Of a stretch of 64,000 nucleotides of DNA, positions 33,361 through 47,337 are shown piece by piece. The translations under genes were made by a program, and so were the position numbers. Source of the DNA: Eledone cirrhosa (Eukaryota); contig OZ024742.1 of NCBI GenBank assembly GCA_964016885.1, positions 113,026,001-113,090,000 on the forward strand, in the 5' to 3' direction. Position 1 is the stretch's first letter. Every line of letters starts with the position of its first letter. The notes below the pieces were generated by a model that was given only the letters and a program-made list of their open reading frames with translations, ran no database searches and was not told the DNA's origin.

Positions 33361-33808
33361 AATATATTAATAAATGGAAACTATATTTATAAAACCCTAT
33401 TTATTTTATTATACATATTTCAAGGGCAACCAAGGTAAATTACGGTGCGCTTTCATCAGATAAAATATAGATTTGTTTTATAAATAAATATTGACATACC
33501 CGGAAAGAAAGACAACCTTAACGGTTGGAGCTTCCTGGATAGTGGAGATATTACATTTTCTGTAATATTTTTTTCCGGGTATGTCAATAATTATTTATAA
33601 AAAAATCTGTATTTTATCTGATGAAAGCGCACCATGATGTGCCTTGGTTGCTCTTGAAATATGTATAATAAAATAAATATGGTTGTATAAATATAGTTTC
33701 CATTTATTAATATATTGTCTATTTACTCCACTACATTGTCGAGTGCCTTATATCAGTTATAAAACATTTTAAAATCTTCTTGTATCCCAACAAATTAAAT
33801 ATAACCTC

Positions 33809-33811
<3 letters not shown>
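33361..33811. repeat. Inverted repeat (about 150-bp arms) with an HHR in each arm plus a one-sided tail
   Basis: Plus-strand HHR at 33610-33675 (UAUUUUAU-CUGAUGA...GAAAU-AUGU-AUA^AUAAAAUA) and minus-strand HHR at 33402-33467. Confidence 0.85.
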
Positions 33812-33865
<54 letters not shown>

Positions 33866-35019
33866 TGTGTGTGTAGTACCGTGAAGTACCGGAGTTGGTA
33901 CCAAATCAAGCACTATATATATTTATCAATTTTCATAAAATCGTAGTATGTTTACTCTAATAAAAAGTCGGGTATAGAGATAATCTCATATCGAACGGAG
34001 AGAGAAAGGAAGAAATAAATTCTAATGCATGAGATTAGATATGAGAGTGGTATATATGGACATAATAAAATAGGAGAGAAGAAGAGAAAATTAGGAATGA
34101 GATCGATGGGGCAGAACATTGCAAGAATTGCGAAACAGTAATGAAGAAAGGGTGAAGTAAGTAAACTAACAAGAAAAAATAGAAATTTAGTGTCAAATGA
34201 ATCATCAGTTTTTCTTCTAGACCAACATAATTTCCTCGCGTGACTATATGTATAAGTCTAGCCCGCGCAATAGAACCTATTTTTCGGTTGTTGTTACGCT
34301 GAAATAGGAGATCAAGTGAGCAATGAGGCACGTCTATACCATCCGTGGTTGACAGGAAAATCGGATGTGTGTTATTCTGACATGAACAGCAGCAGCAGTA
34401 GGTGTCTAGAGAGCGGAAGTATTAACATTAGTAGTAAAAAAAAAGCGATTAGTAGTAAGGAGGCGATTGAGGGAGAAACAAAACGTTATGCTCCATCGAA
34501 CCTAATAGCTACTTTTCTCTTCTGGCCAGAATGATGCCACCTAGGTAATCGACTCGTTCTAGGCGGGCATCCATATCCATTCTAGCCTGCTGCGATGAGG
34601 ATTTCTACTTAACGCCGACCACTCCACGCAAAAGGACCTCATTTTCATGGTTTCCATAGAGTGAGATTTTGGCTGTTCCTTTTTCTCGAATATTCTTTCC
34701 AGTGATCTATAGCCCCTTCCTCTGAATATCAGTGAGCATGTCAAACTAATCACAATCATCTCTGAGTCTTATTCCAGCTGCCCTTTGAGAGACTCCCGTA
34801 CAACTCTGAGTTCGCTATCCTCAGTGCATACAGATTAATTTTAATAGATTCCTCAGCATCCTCATGTAACACACATCCACCATCTCAATGATTCTCTTGG
34901 TTAATGTCCAAGACTCAGACACTTACAGCAGCACAGACTCCACAATAACGACGAAAATACGGACATTTATGTTTTTATGAAGGTCCGACTTCTACACCAA
35001 CATTACCGAAACAAATTAC

Positions 35020-36127
35020 GTAAAACAAACAAAGATGTCATCTCATAAACACAGAAAACAATTTAAATATTTAATGAACCATTCAAATCTGGAAAAAAGG
35101 TTCCCCGAGGAAATTTGGAACTATCGATGTATACTTTAGGAAAGAATGTATGATGACATTCTCGTGGGGCAACTCACAACCAGCCAGAGAGATGGATCAC
35201 CCATCCTTCCTCCTGCAATCAAAGCCAAGTTTTTACCTTTCACTAGCTTCCACCTACCTTATCCAACATGGCATATGTCAGCTTACGCAGTAGGAGCGCA
35301 TATTTCAAGGGGTCTTCATCGAAAACAACGCCACCTTCTCATATGTGGTGGCGGGATCAGAATATTCGAGGAACGAGTATTTGCACAGACGGTGGCTTTA
35401 ATGTGTACGCAATTCCAATAAGTAGGCATCTGGAGTGGCAGTGTTGTTTCGAAGAGGTTTGCATCTCGAGATACTGGCCATTTGGACTCAAAAACTAAGT
35501 TGCAATTCATGGATTGACCATTGGAGAAGGGTACCCTATGTGGCTAGTCACCGTCGATGCCACAGGAAACCAAGAGGCGGATTAACCTTGTCACCGTGGT
35601 GGTGTCGAGCGCCAAACACATATAGGTGATCGGTACTGCTCCATGTTTATACGAGACGGTTATACGAGCAAATATTAACCAAGAAATGTCGGTGGGCCTG
35701 GGGCTAGGAACCTGGAGAGGCAGGTGCTTGCCTACCAAATGGATTGTCGGGTTCTTGGTGGAGAGACCAATTAAACTGCTGGGCGTCTTGTTTGGTCCGG
35801 GCAGAAAAAACCAAGACGAGGTGACGAGTAGGCTGGTCATTGACACTCAGAGACGGACCGAGATGAAGCTATCACTGAAGTGTCGGATGTAATCGGAGAA
35901 AACGTAAAGATCACGTTTTTCATCTACTACAACTGGCCATTATGCCTTTTCCTAAGCCTCACCTGACTGCACTGGGGGGTTTTCTCCTTCGCTGTTTATG
36001 TAAGGGTTTCAAAATGGTTAGGTGGTTCGTCTCCTGTCAAGAACCGGTGCGTTGTGGGTTGGAGATAAAATGGCTGATGATGCCCGAATATTCACCGAGG
36101 TTGCTGCTACTACTGCTGCTGCTGCTG

Positions 36128-36188
<61 letters not shown>

Positions 36189-36450
36189 GACTACTACTAC
36201 CCACCTTTTAGAAAATGTACTGGATGATAGCAATTCTCTCTTCGCACTCTCCTTTCCAAAGGAAATTTGAAAATGTTGATGAGGGATTAGCCGAAGAGAA
36301 AAGTGTTCCTCTCTTTGGTGGTGGTTGCGAAAGAGGTTGTGTGGTCTACTAGGCTGAAAGGACAAAATACAGGCACTTTATTTTCGGCTAATACCTCATC
36401 CCCTTTTTCGAGTTTCACTTGGAAATAAAGATGAGGCTGGTGAGAGAAGT
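35020..36450 (+). mobile_element. Highly degenerate, deleted Tx1-like LINE with an internal (CTG)n(CTA)n tract
   Basis: YDDILVGQLTTSQRD (ORF1 end), AVLFRRGLHL (APE) and INQEMSVGLGLGTWRGR...PIKLLGVLFGP (RT) match copy C. Confidence 0.8.
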
Positions 36451-37704
36451 GCTGCCGCCCCACTATATATGCTGATTGTGTTTGTTATTGTGTTTTGTTA
36501 TTGTGTTCTTTTATTATTATTTTGCTTTTTCTAGTCGAATTCATTGTAAAATCTAAACTTTTTTCGTACGTCAACGTTGATTTGTTTCTCCTTGTGTCGA
36601 TAACGTATTCTCTTATTTAGGCACTTTTGTCGACGAAATCGATTTTACAAATCCCTACTCGCCTAGAGTTCTATTTACAAAATCAAGAAATAGTAATGAT
36701 GCATTTCAATTCTAAATTGGCATTAGATTGGAACAATTGAATTCAGAATAATATGCCTTGATATAATTAGTTAATGTGTACATACGTTTGGAGTTTAAAT
36801 GCTCCTAATGTCAACTTTGGAACCCTTCCTTATTGACATTTTGCATTATTAACCGAGGACGTATTTTGGTTGATACATTCAACAAAATTACACTTCATAG
36901 GAAACAGTATTCACAGTTATCTATTATAGGATATTGGATGATTAGATTCACCTGAATAGTCTCCAGGCAATAAAAAACTATTAATTTTATCCATATCTTA
37001 TTTTATCTTACACTGGGCATTACCTCCACAGTTATTCGTATTAGCGCACGCATTCCAATTCCAATTAACATCAATGGATGAAATAATTTAAATATGTAAA
37101 ATCTATGTATGACGCTAGATTATGTAAATTAAACGTTGTTCGCATTTCCGCCTACAAAAATTCATGGATTATTTTCATTTTTGATTTTCTTTGCCGATGA
37201 TTATTTATTGATTGACCAAAGCGGTTTCATAAATAAAACATTTGTTCATTGAATTTCTATGAACATATCCATATTTTTGGAATATCATTTTGAATGATTG
37301 GCTCTGATATAATAATATAAGAATCATTAGTAAAATATATAAATTAGGGAACAAAATTGTTTTTTTAAATGGGAACAAAACAAAGAAGAACCATTATAGC
37401 GATGCAAACATATATTGACTCAGGAGAATATTCTGAACGAAGAAATTAAGAACTATTGTAAATATATGACAATTCGACATATTGTTGCTCTGACACTTGT
37501 TTTCAAAGTTAAATAATTTTCTAAATCATGCTTCATTGACTAATTGGTAGAAATGTCGGAAACATGAATGAGGTTGGGAAATTGTTTTTACAACACCAAA
37601 ATGCTTTCTTCCAATTTGGTAGGAATGAGATTATGACATGTTAATACTGAGAATTTGCAATGGTAAATATTTACTCCAGCCGATTCATTAAAGAACAATT
37701 TGTT

Positions 37705-38285
37705 CAACCGGTACCCTTCTTGATGACGTGTGCATGCGCTTTGGAATAACTCGACCCTTTGGCGTCTGCGTGTATGAGGCCCACAAATGCTCTTGTGGAC
37801 CTGTCATAAACGAGTTAAGCAAGCACACCCAATCACGCCGGTAGAGCACAGGCGGTTTCCTCTGACATGCTACACTGAACGACATGATAAAAAGGAGCCT
37901 AAACGCAAATAATTTTCTATGAAAACGAGCCAGTAGCCGTGGAGACGAAGAGTGTCCCGATTTTATTATACTCTTTCCTTTCGAGGATGGTAAATACGTT
38001 AGCTGGGACGCGACTTGATGCGACAAATTCTCCACCTCCAACATAGTCGCTTCAGCCACAGACACGGTGGTGCGCAATGTACAGGACAGAAACAGACGTA
38101 AATACCAAGGCATGTTCCATTTTTCGTCGAGAAATCAGGCCTCATCGTCTTCCGTATAGCTGAACCCCTCCGTAAATTGGGTACAAGAGCAGCCCGTTTG
38201 CGGAAGGACCTCGTGAGGTGGGATGGCTGTTGCAGCGGGTTTCACACGCCATAGCGAATGCAATGTCTATGACATTTTATTTGAG
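37705..38285 (+). mobile_element. Degenerate CRE-like RLE retrotransposon 3' fragment
   Basis: Manual translation gives HKCSCG...H, HATLNDMIKRSL, CPD...PFEDGKYVSWDAT and WLLQRVSHAI, typical of the CRE-clade zinc finger and restriction-like endonuclease. Confidence 0.72.
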
Positions 38286-40635
38286 GTGCACTGCCGAAAA
38301 ATCACTCTTCCTTAGGTGTAGAGTCTGGCCCCTATGCCCTACCGCTTTTTTATGCTTAACAATCCTTGCACTCTCTCCTCTTTCCTTTCGTTTGTTGTTT
38401 TGTAGTGTTCTTTTTATTTCATGTCCCTATCAATGTTAGATTTGTTTGTGTGATTTTTCCTATGTTAATATAAGATTTTAATTATTATTCCTCATATAAT
38501 GTAATTTGCATATATTTTAGCTGCTATTTTCTTATTTATTCTTCATGCCAGTTTCATGCAAGGTCATTAATGAAAAGTCGTTAAATTGTATGCTATGTTT
38601 GTAATTCCTGCATTTAAAATAGTTACATGCATGTGAAAAGCACCAGGTTATCTTCTGCATTTCTTCAGAATGTAAAATATCTTACCACGTATGTTGTCTA
38701 CTGGATAGGAATACAGCAAAGGGTTGTAATGTGAACATTAGACATAAAAAAATTGCTGCCCTAACTTAACCGGTCCTCACCGCCTACAGAATAAGATCGA
38801 ATTAGTTGCATTATATTTGACAAACGGAGAAATTTGTCATTGCAAGTTACCTTTCTCTTCAAACGGTTTCCCACGTTGGGCATACATAACATCACAAACA
38901 CCACAATGAGCCTGTTGAACATTGAGTCATCTAACTAGGAAGTTGGTGAACAACATATATATATATAAAGATGATTAAATTAATCTGGCAGGTATGACAA
39001 TTTCTCCTCTAATCACAAATGTAAACTCTCACACTCAGATCCCCCCCCCCCCCCACACACACACGCATGCGTACGGATATACGTAAACTTTAGATTTATA
39101 CGCTCTTCTAAGAACACGCGGAATAACAATGTCAAAACGGACAGATGCCAATGATAATAAACAAACACGACTGTGGACGTATATGTATTGGGCGGGAGCC
39201 AAGCATAGACAAAGCAAGATAATATGGATGAGATAAACTGTGTGCGAATGAGACACATATAAAGAGAGAGACATACATATGAGATATGAGCGTCGCATAA
39301 AATCATAAGCGAGAAGAGAAAGCGAACAATAGGATACAAAAGTCATACATAATTGTTAAGGGAAAAGCAATGATCAAACTATACAGAACAACTTGCTGTT
39401 CTGTGAACTTTATCAATAGCTTTCTCTCTCAAATCGCAAATAGTTCCTAGTAGTTACCAATGAATAAATAACACCGTGTAACAAAAAATATTTTATTCTC
39501 TGTTCCTGGCTTGTAATTACTTTTTTTGTTGCTTAGGTCCCAAACAAATAAAAAAAATATGCTATTAAACAGTTAAAAGTTGGGGTTTGTAAAAATTCTA
39601 AGCTATTCACTACAATTATTTGTATGCTGGATTTAACGTTGTATGTAATTTTAATTTGCTTATGTTAAATTATTTCTGACGTGTATATGTTGCTTTATAA
39701 GTGTTATTTCTTTTTACTTGTTTTTTTTCATAAGGTTGTGTAATAAAATAAATATATATTCTGTTGATTTAATTATATGAACTGATAAATTAAAAAAAAA
39801 AATGTATTTCCTTGAAAAATATGAAAATTTCGAAATATCAAACTCCTGACAACAAACCCAAAATTCTGATAAAATAATTTTTTTTTTTTTTTTAAATAAT
39901 GGGATATAACAAACCATGAAATGACACTTAGAACTGGGGAACAAAAAAATATTACACGGTGTAATCGGCACAATTTCTGCTGATTTCGAGTTGTCCGAGA
40001 TGATGTGTGTCAATGAGAAAAAAGGGTTTGATCACTTCCTGTACAATTTTGTTTCATACATATTTTATCTCATAGCTCATTATCTAAATTCTTATTAAAT
40101 ATTAAGTATGAAACAACAGTAGAATGAGTTACGCAGGAAATATGCATATCATTTCTAATAGGAGGGCTACACGCGAATGGCACACTTACATGCAACCATA
40201 TACTTTCCAGATTGTTGCTCACCTTCCGTTATACACAATGCCAATAACGAGGAGATGAGAATAAGGAGATTAACCTTTTTAGTGTTACTTGACTTTAATA
40301 AAATATATTAATATGAAAGATTGGCTGATTAAATAGATAATGTATTATTCTAATGCATACACCCTATAGGATTTCCTCTCTAAACATAAAAATCACATCC
40401 GTCTATAACATGAGTAAAACTATAATTCGGAAACTCTGATTTTTATTAACGCATATATCGTGGAAACTAACTCTTGTTAACAACCAGAATAACACTGTGA
40501 GGAGAAATGCCGTAACTATTCAGCATGCACGAAATCAAGCGTATTCAGAAAGTTTGAGGACTGCAACTCATAAAATTCAATAAGATATGAGGTTCATCCT
40601 GATTGGCATTTACTTCATTCATCAACAATAAATTG

Positions 40636-40692
40636 CCTGTTTATTCATTCCGAATAGACACACATACACACGCACACACACACATACACATA

Positions 40693-40753
<61 letters not shown>

Positions 40754-40860
40754 ATGCGCGCGCGCACGCCCGCGCGCGCGTGTGTGTGTGTGTGCGTGTG
40801 CGTCATGTGTGTGTTTGTGAGTGCGTTTGAATGTGTGTCTGTTCGGAATGAATAAACAGG
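40636..40860. repeat. Foldback unit: 30-bp terminal inverted repeats around mirrored (CA)n/(TA)n/(TG)n tracts
   Basis: CCTGTTTATTCATTCCGAATAGACACACAT and ATGTGTGTCTGTTCGGAATGAATAAACAGG (one mismatch). Confidence 0.85.
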
Positions 40861-40898
40861 TATTTTATAGGTAACAAATTCTCAGCTCGCTCTCTCCT

Positions 40899-40937
<39 letters not shown>

Positions 40938-41337
40938 TACACACACACACACACACATACATACACACACACATACATCTATCTATCTGTCTATAAATAT
41001 ATATATATGTGTGTGCGTGTGTGTATGTGTGTGTGTGTGTGAGTGCATGTGTGTGTATGTGTGGTTGTATGTGTGTGTCTGTGTGAGTGTGTGTGTGTGT
41101 GTATGTGTGTGTGTGCGTGTGTGTGTGTGTGTGTGAGTTAGCTTGGGCTGAACATTATGAAAATGGTGAATATGACTGAATGATGCTTGACTTCTGATAT
41201 GTTGCATTCTTTGAATTCATGTCTTATTATTGAAAACGGCATTGTTTCTTTGAAGGAGTATATTGAACAATAAACCTCACTTGTTCATTCCACGAGAGAA
41301 TCTTCGTCAACATATGACGTCTTCTGTCGGACCCCGC

Positions 41338-41419
<82 letters not shown>

Positions 41420-41420
<1 letters not shown>

Positions 41421-42190
41421 AGTATTTCTTCTCGCGAGTTAGTCCTTTCCATGCTACGGTCCCCGCGACTGAATTAGCGGTCGCTATTTTAAATTTGCAA
41501 ACCTCTTTAAACGGTATGTTATTACTCTAAGGTTTTTATAACTTATCGTCGAGTGCTTGGTTGCACTTCTGATTGCATTCGTCGGCTCAGCTGCGGCTCG
41601 AGCTTCGAATAGGCTCTACTTCACTTTCTATTACTATCTCCTAGACCTAATGATTAATTGATTACTTTAATTAGTCAATTCTATTGATTCGTTAATTATT
41701 TATGTTTGTTTAATAATGATCTGGTTGAGTGCTTAATTCAGTTTGTGTACGGAATTTATTCCATTGCTCTTAATTTGAATTTGACCACCAAAAACCGGGT
41801 GTTAGCCCCCTTGGGAAAACATGTGCTCTAACAACCGGCCTGGCGTCTGATCGGGAGCTTGTTGAGAAAGTAAATCCTTTGATTACACACACCGCAAGCG
41901 GATTTTGTAGATTTAGGATTTACAGATTTAGGATTTACAGAAACCAAACTGAGATATTGAAAAATATCGAGGTGATGGTCCATATATATGTGTGTATTTT
42001 TTCTCGCGTGTCAGTTCGTTCCTACGGTCCCCGCGGCTGAATTACCGGTCGTCTCTTCAATTTGCAAGCCCTTTAAACGGTATGTTATTGCTCTAATGTC
42101 ATATGCCTTATCGAGTGCTTGACTGCACTTCTGATTGCATTCGTCGACTTAGCTGCGGCTCGAGCTTCGAATATGCTGTACTTCCATTTG

Positions 42191-42192
<2 letters not shown>
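41420..42192 (+). repeat. Two diverged direct copies (about 200 bp; 41420-41635 and 41998-42192) between (TA)n runs; pseudo-LTR-like
   Basis: Both share CTACGGTCCCCGCG, TTTAAACGGTATGTTATT and GCACTTCTGATTGCATTCGTCG...GAGCTTCGAATA. Confidence 0.8.
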
Positions 42193-42225
<33 letters not shown>

Positions 42226-42331
42226 TAGATAATTTGTATTCCAATGTTACTAAGTAGTTGCATTGGATGGAGTCAACTGACGTCAGAGATTGCTCAACGT
42301 ATAATAAAGTGTGTTTTAAAATCCGGAGAAA

Positions 42332-42490
42332 ATATGGAGAAAAAATTTACGAAATGGAAATGCGGGTATATAGAATTTATTAGGTAACAATTGTTTCTAT
42401 AGTGTATGTAACTCATACACTATAGAAACAATTGTTACCTAATACATTCTATATACCCGCATTTCCATTTCGTAAATTTTTTCTCCATAT
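42332..42490. repeat. 159-bp palindrome (77-bp arms, 5-nt loop, one mismatch)
   Basis: ATATGGAGAAAAAATTTACG...GTGTATG, loop TAACT, then CATACAC...CGTAAATTTTTTCTCCATAT. Confidence 0.93.
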
Positions 42491-42879
42491 ATATATATAT
42501 ATATATATAATTCGTTTTAGAATTTGTTCAGCGTGATTTCTTATTTGAAAATTTTGTTAAAGCAATGTTTGTTATATTTTGGGAGGGTCATGTTGCCAAT
42601 AAAAGCACAGGCCTCTATTGATGGTTTATATATTGTCAAAACTCTCTCATCACACATTATGTGACCTCCTCACTTACTACCTTTTTATTTTGTGCGTCTC
42701 TCATTTGTTCTGTCCTACAACATTTTGTTTTTGTGTGTTGTGTGTTTAATTTGTGCATGCGTTACAACCATGTGTATGTGTGCATCTTTATTTATTTATT
42801 TATGTGTTTACTTATTTGTCACGAAGTGGTTATTTGTTCTATATGTGTATGTCTTCATTTTGTCTTTAATTACTCGCTG

Positions 42880-43437
42880 CGATGTTGCTATTTGGGGGGT
42901 TCTTGCTGTCCCTAGCAAGCATGACCGTTGAAGTGTTCTTTAACCATTATTGTATACTCTTCGAGCACCTAGTATTCCTATGACAATTGGGATGACCTTG
43001 ATCATATGACAGTCCCAGATACTTTCTAATTCCCACTTTAAATCTTGGTATCAGTTAATTTTCCCTCTTTTATTGCACCCTTGTGTCAAAGGGGCAGGCT
43101 ACATTTACAATCAGACACGATAATGTTTTTCCTTGTCAAAAACCCATAACACTTTCACTTAATCATTTTCTATCACCGTTTCCGGTTTATGATCATACAA
43201 CTTCTCAGAATATGGTAACTTATTTACTCTGAATAAATGCCAGTGAATCACGTTCCCTATTTTATCGTGCTTCCAGCCTTTATTGTGAGTCTGGGCTAGA
43301 AATTTACAACGATGTGAGCCACAGTCTCCCCTATCTCACCACAGATTCAACAAATTGAGCTAGTCTCCGACTTGTCAATATGGTGTTTCTTCCACTTCAT
43401 TCTCAGGGCGAGCTCTTGTGCAGCCATTATCATTGGC
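42880..43437 (-). mobile_element. Degenerate R4/Dong-like 3' fragment
   Basis: Alignable with 48150-48780 (VDVACPFD, YQDLKWE and AAQE regions). Confidence 0.78.
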
Positions 43438-43714
43438 TTTATTCGTGGTTATTATCGTTAATAATACAATCAAAATAAATACCCCACCTCACCCCCCAAA
43501 AATAAGCAATAACAGAAAGCAAATGCATAGACGTAGTTAATTTTTATTTTACGTTGATCGTTATCATCAGAATCCATCATACACATATAAATAAACAATA
43601 CGTAATAACTGCAGAATATCTGAAAACATTGAAACTGGTTTATATGACCAGATATTATTGTAGTTAATTTACTGTGAAAACATAAAAAAGAGCTGGAATC
43701 GTAAAAAGAAAACT

Positions 43715-43998
43715 AACCCAGGTTCTGCAGCACGTCGGGCTGAGGAAGCGAAACTCTTCAAAAACCGGTCGCTCTCCGACATGTTTGCGGTTGTACCCTT
43801 GGCAGTGGAGACTTCTGATGTCCTCAGTCCAAGGGCTACCTCCCTACTCAAGACCATAGGCGCCGATGTGGCCAGCTGCAACTGTGAGCCTCGCGACCTG
43901 TAATGGTTTTCCAGCACGTCTCCCATGCCCTCCTCCTGGGAAACGCCTCCTCCATTCTATCCGCCGGGGTTGTGGTGAGACGACCAATATGATTGACT
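43715..43998 (+). mobile_element. CRE-like RLE retrotransposon 3' end followed by (TA)n
   Basis: Manual translation gives PGSAARRAEEAK...VPLAVET...LLKTIG...EPRD and, after a frameshift, [16 protein letters not shown]. Confidence 0.75.
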
Positions 43999-44158
<160 letters not shown>

Positions 44159-44470
44159 ATCTAGAAAGGTAACACAAGAGTTGATATATATAAAAACAAA
44201 TAGTAGAAGGGAAAAATATTTTTTGGTAGAAAATGTTGAAAATATGTTTTTAGTGGAATTGGAAAGCATTAATTTATTTACAATACCAATGTCAGCATTA
44301 AATGCATTGTCAATTGCGGATATGCAGAATATTTCTAAGTTGCATATTCGTACAGAAAGTGAAAATAATAACAAAAAAACAAAATAAATATATAAAGAGA
44401 GGAATTTTCACATACGTGGTCCTTTTGTCAGTCCATCCTTCTCTGCTAATGGCTTTGTCATATATATATA

Positions 44471-46488
44471 GATGTTTCTGCCCTAGTAGACCTATAAGAG
44501 GTAGACCCCCCCACCATAACCTCAATGGCAAAAAAGACTCTCATGGGAAGGTGGATTGGGTGGACCAAAGCTATACGGACCCCCCCAAACAATGATCAGG
44601 TAAGAAAAATGGTCGCACATGCAATAGGGGCTAGTATCAAAACTACCCTAAAGGGCCACATATTTAAGTTCAATGAGAAAATCTACACCCAAAATGAGGG
44701 AGCAGCCATCGGCGTCAGCATAGCTGGTGATGTTACCAACCTTTTCATGGTATGGTGGGAAAGGAGACTTAAAGATCTTCTTAATGAAAGCTCCATAGAC
44801 CTCATCATGTACTCTCGTTATGTAGACGATATCAATATAGTTATAAGAACACCCCCACTAGAGAGCACTAACAAGTTTGATTTAGAACGTAGCACGATGG
44901 AAAGGATCCAGCAGATAGCTAATTCCATACACAGAAGTATAACTGTAACTATCGACTTCCCTTCCAAACACCCAAACAATAGACTACCTGTATTAGACAC
45001 ACAATTATGGATTAACACTATAGAAGAGTGAGCCCAAATTCTCCACTCACACTATGCTAAACCCATGGCCTCCAAATACCTGATACTCAAAAACTCAGCA
45101 ATGTCCAGTAGTGCTAAGTTTAATATTCTGATCGCAGATTTGGTACGAGTGATGAAGAATGTGTCCAGCATGTGCGACCCAACAGAAATGGAAAGACACA
45201 TCCAGCACTTCATCAACCGCATGCAGTTCTCTGGCTACAACCAAAGATACAGAGTCAGAGTATACGAAGGAGCCATGGAAAAGTATAAGACCCTCATAGA
45301 ACTGGATATGAAAAGAATTTGCCCATTATACAGGAGCAAATCATGGAATAGCTTAGATAGGGCTAGACATAAGATAGGGAAGGTCACATCACGGTACGAC
45401 AACCAGAGATATCAGAGTGTCATGTTTGTTGACGCCACCCCTGGAGGGAAATTAGCTAATCAGTGTAGAAAGGCCCTGAGAAAGACCCACTTAAAAATAA
45501 AGGTGGTAGAAAAGCCAGGAACCACAATAAAATCCCTGATCAGCAAAACCTACCCTTTTAAGAAAACCAACTGTACCAATAGGAAAGGTATCATATGTAA
45601 GGTGAACCCCCGGATAAACTGTAAAACTAGAAACGTAGTCTATAGCATAAGATGTACAGAGGCTACTTGCAGAAACATGACAACAACATACATAAGCGAA
45701 ACAGCTCGTAGCATAGGTGAAAGGATAGACCAACACTGGGGGAACTAAAAGGACGAAAAAACGGGTCAGTACTATACGAACATGCTAGACAACAACATGA
45801 CGGTAACATAGACAACATAGAAATTAGAATAATATCTAAACATAGGAATGACCCAGCAGATAGGCAAATCAGAGAGGCCAGTGAAATAGAAATTAGAAGA
45901 CCAAAGCTAAACAGAAAGAATGAGTGGAACAACAACAACACCCAAACAAACAACACTGACCTAAGAGAAGTATAAATAAGTAAATAAAATAAAACAAAAT
46001 AAGATAAATAAATACATACTCAAGCACAATAACAACAAGCACATAAACACACACTAGTCCCCAGCAGACACAACCCTATACACACTAGTCACACAGCAAA
46101 CATAACGCTATACACACACGCAAACGCATGCGCAAAGAAGATAAAATAAATGAAACAAACAAGCAAATAAATAAATAAATATATAGACAGACTGAATGAA
46201 AAATGGCGTAGACATACAACACAACAGGAGGAAAAAATATAACACCACTGACGATGTTGCAGATGTGCAACGAAAGATTTATGTAAATTATGTAAACTAT
46301 ACATATGTGTTTGTGTCTATATCGTATCTGTATAATTTTTGACCGTCGGTCAGTCAATGGCAACATTGAGGACCGATTAAGTTAGATCGCAGATATAAGA
46401 GACAGCGAGAAGCGAAAACCAATCAAACAGTGAGTGTGTTCTGTTATTAATTCTGGCAATATTACAAAAATTGACCCTCCCCAATTAT

Positions 46489-46493
<5 letters not shown>
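44471..46493 (+). mobile_element. Penelope-like element (RT plus C-terminal GIY-YIG), 5'-truncated; possibly Hydra- or Neptune-like
   Basis: RT motifs YTQNEGAAIG, RYVDD and LPVLD; Cys-rich linker; NVVYSIRC...YISETARSIGERIDQH. It has an in-frame TGA at 45029 and a 1-bp G deletion near 45740, and ends in (TA)n. Confidence 0.9.
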
Positions 46494-46545
<52 letters not shown>

Positions 46546-46559
46546 TTATTCCGTGTTGA

Positions 46560-46890
46560 ATCGGTGGTAACCACAGTAAATAAGGTACTGATTACATAGC
46601 AGTGTATACATGTTTTAATATAGAAACTCTTCTGCATGACTAGAACTGTTACCCCCACCCTCGCCTACCCTCGCCTAACAACATAATCCACACCTTCGCC
46701 TACCAACAGAAAATAAAATATATAAATACCACCACTCTTACTTGGACAGCCAGATTCCTGAGGATTTCTTACAAGAGTAACAGTTCTAGCCCCGTAGAAG
46801 CTTTTCTGTATTAAAACATTTATACTCTGCTATGTATTGAGTACCTTATTTACCGTGGTTACCCCCGATTAAAGGTTTTCTATTAAATAT
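46560..46890. repeat. Inverted repeat (about 90-bp arms) enclosing a PLE-like 3' region with a decayed HHR
   Basis: GGTAACCACAGTAAATAAGGTACT... is mirrored by ...AGTACCTTATTTACCGTGGTTACC. The core is homologous to 33230-33350. Confidence 0.8.
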
Positions 46891-46896
46891 ATATAT

Positions 46897-46950
<54 letters not shown>

Positions 46951-47244
46951 TTATAAGAGCCCACTTGCGTGGATATCTATGGATTATATGCAAGCTTCTA
47001 CATAACGTGGACATTATTTTCACACCTTGTAGAAATCTCATAATGAAACGATCGTATGGAAAGAAAAAGAGATTTATTTAATTATATCTCATATAAAATA
47101 ATAAAGCCAACTATCCACGAAATACAATATAGTTAGCACCCCAAACGTATAATTTAGATTATAATCAGGTATATCCTAAGGTTTGTTGAGTGAGATGGGA
47201 GTTGGTCGGAGTATCGCTAAAAGCATTCTCTGTTAATGTATTAA

Positions 47245-47337
<93 letters not shown>

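Noticed and set aside
45029-45031. In-frame TGA in the PLE RT as selenocysteine (as in Naiad PLEs)
   Set aside because: It is a single stop in a copy that also has a frameshift. The domain order is RT then EN, unlike Naiads, and no SECIS was identified. Simple decay is more likely.
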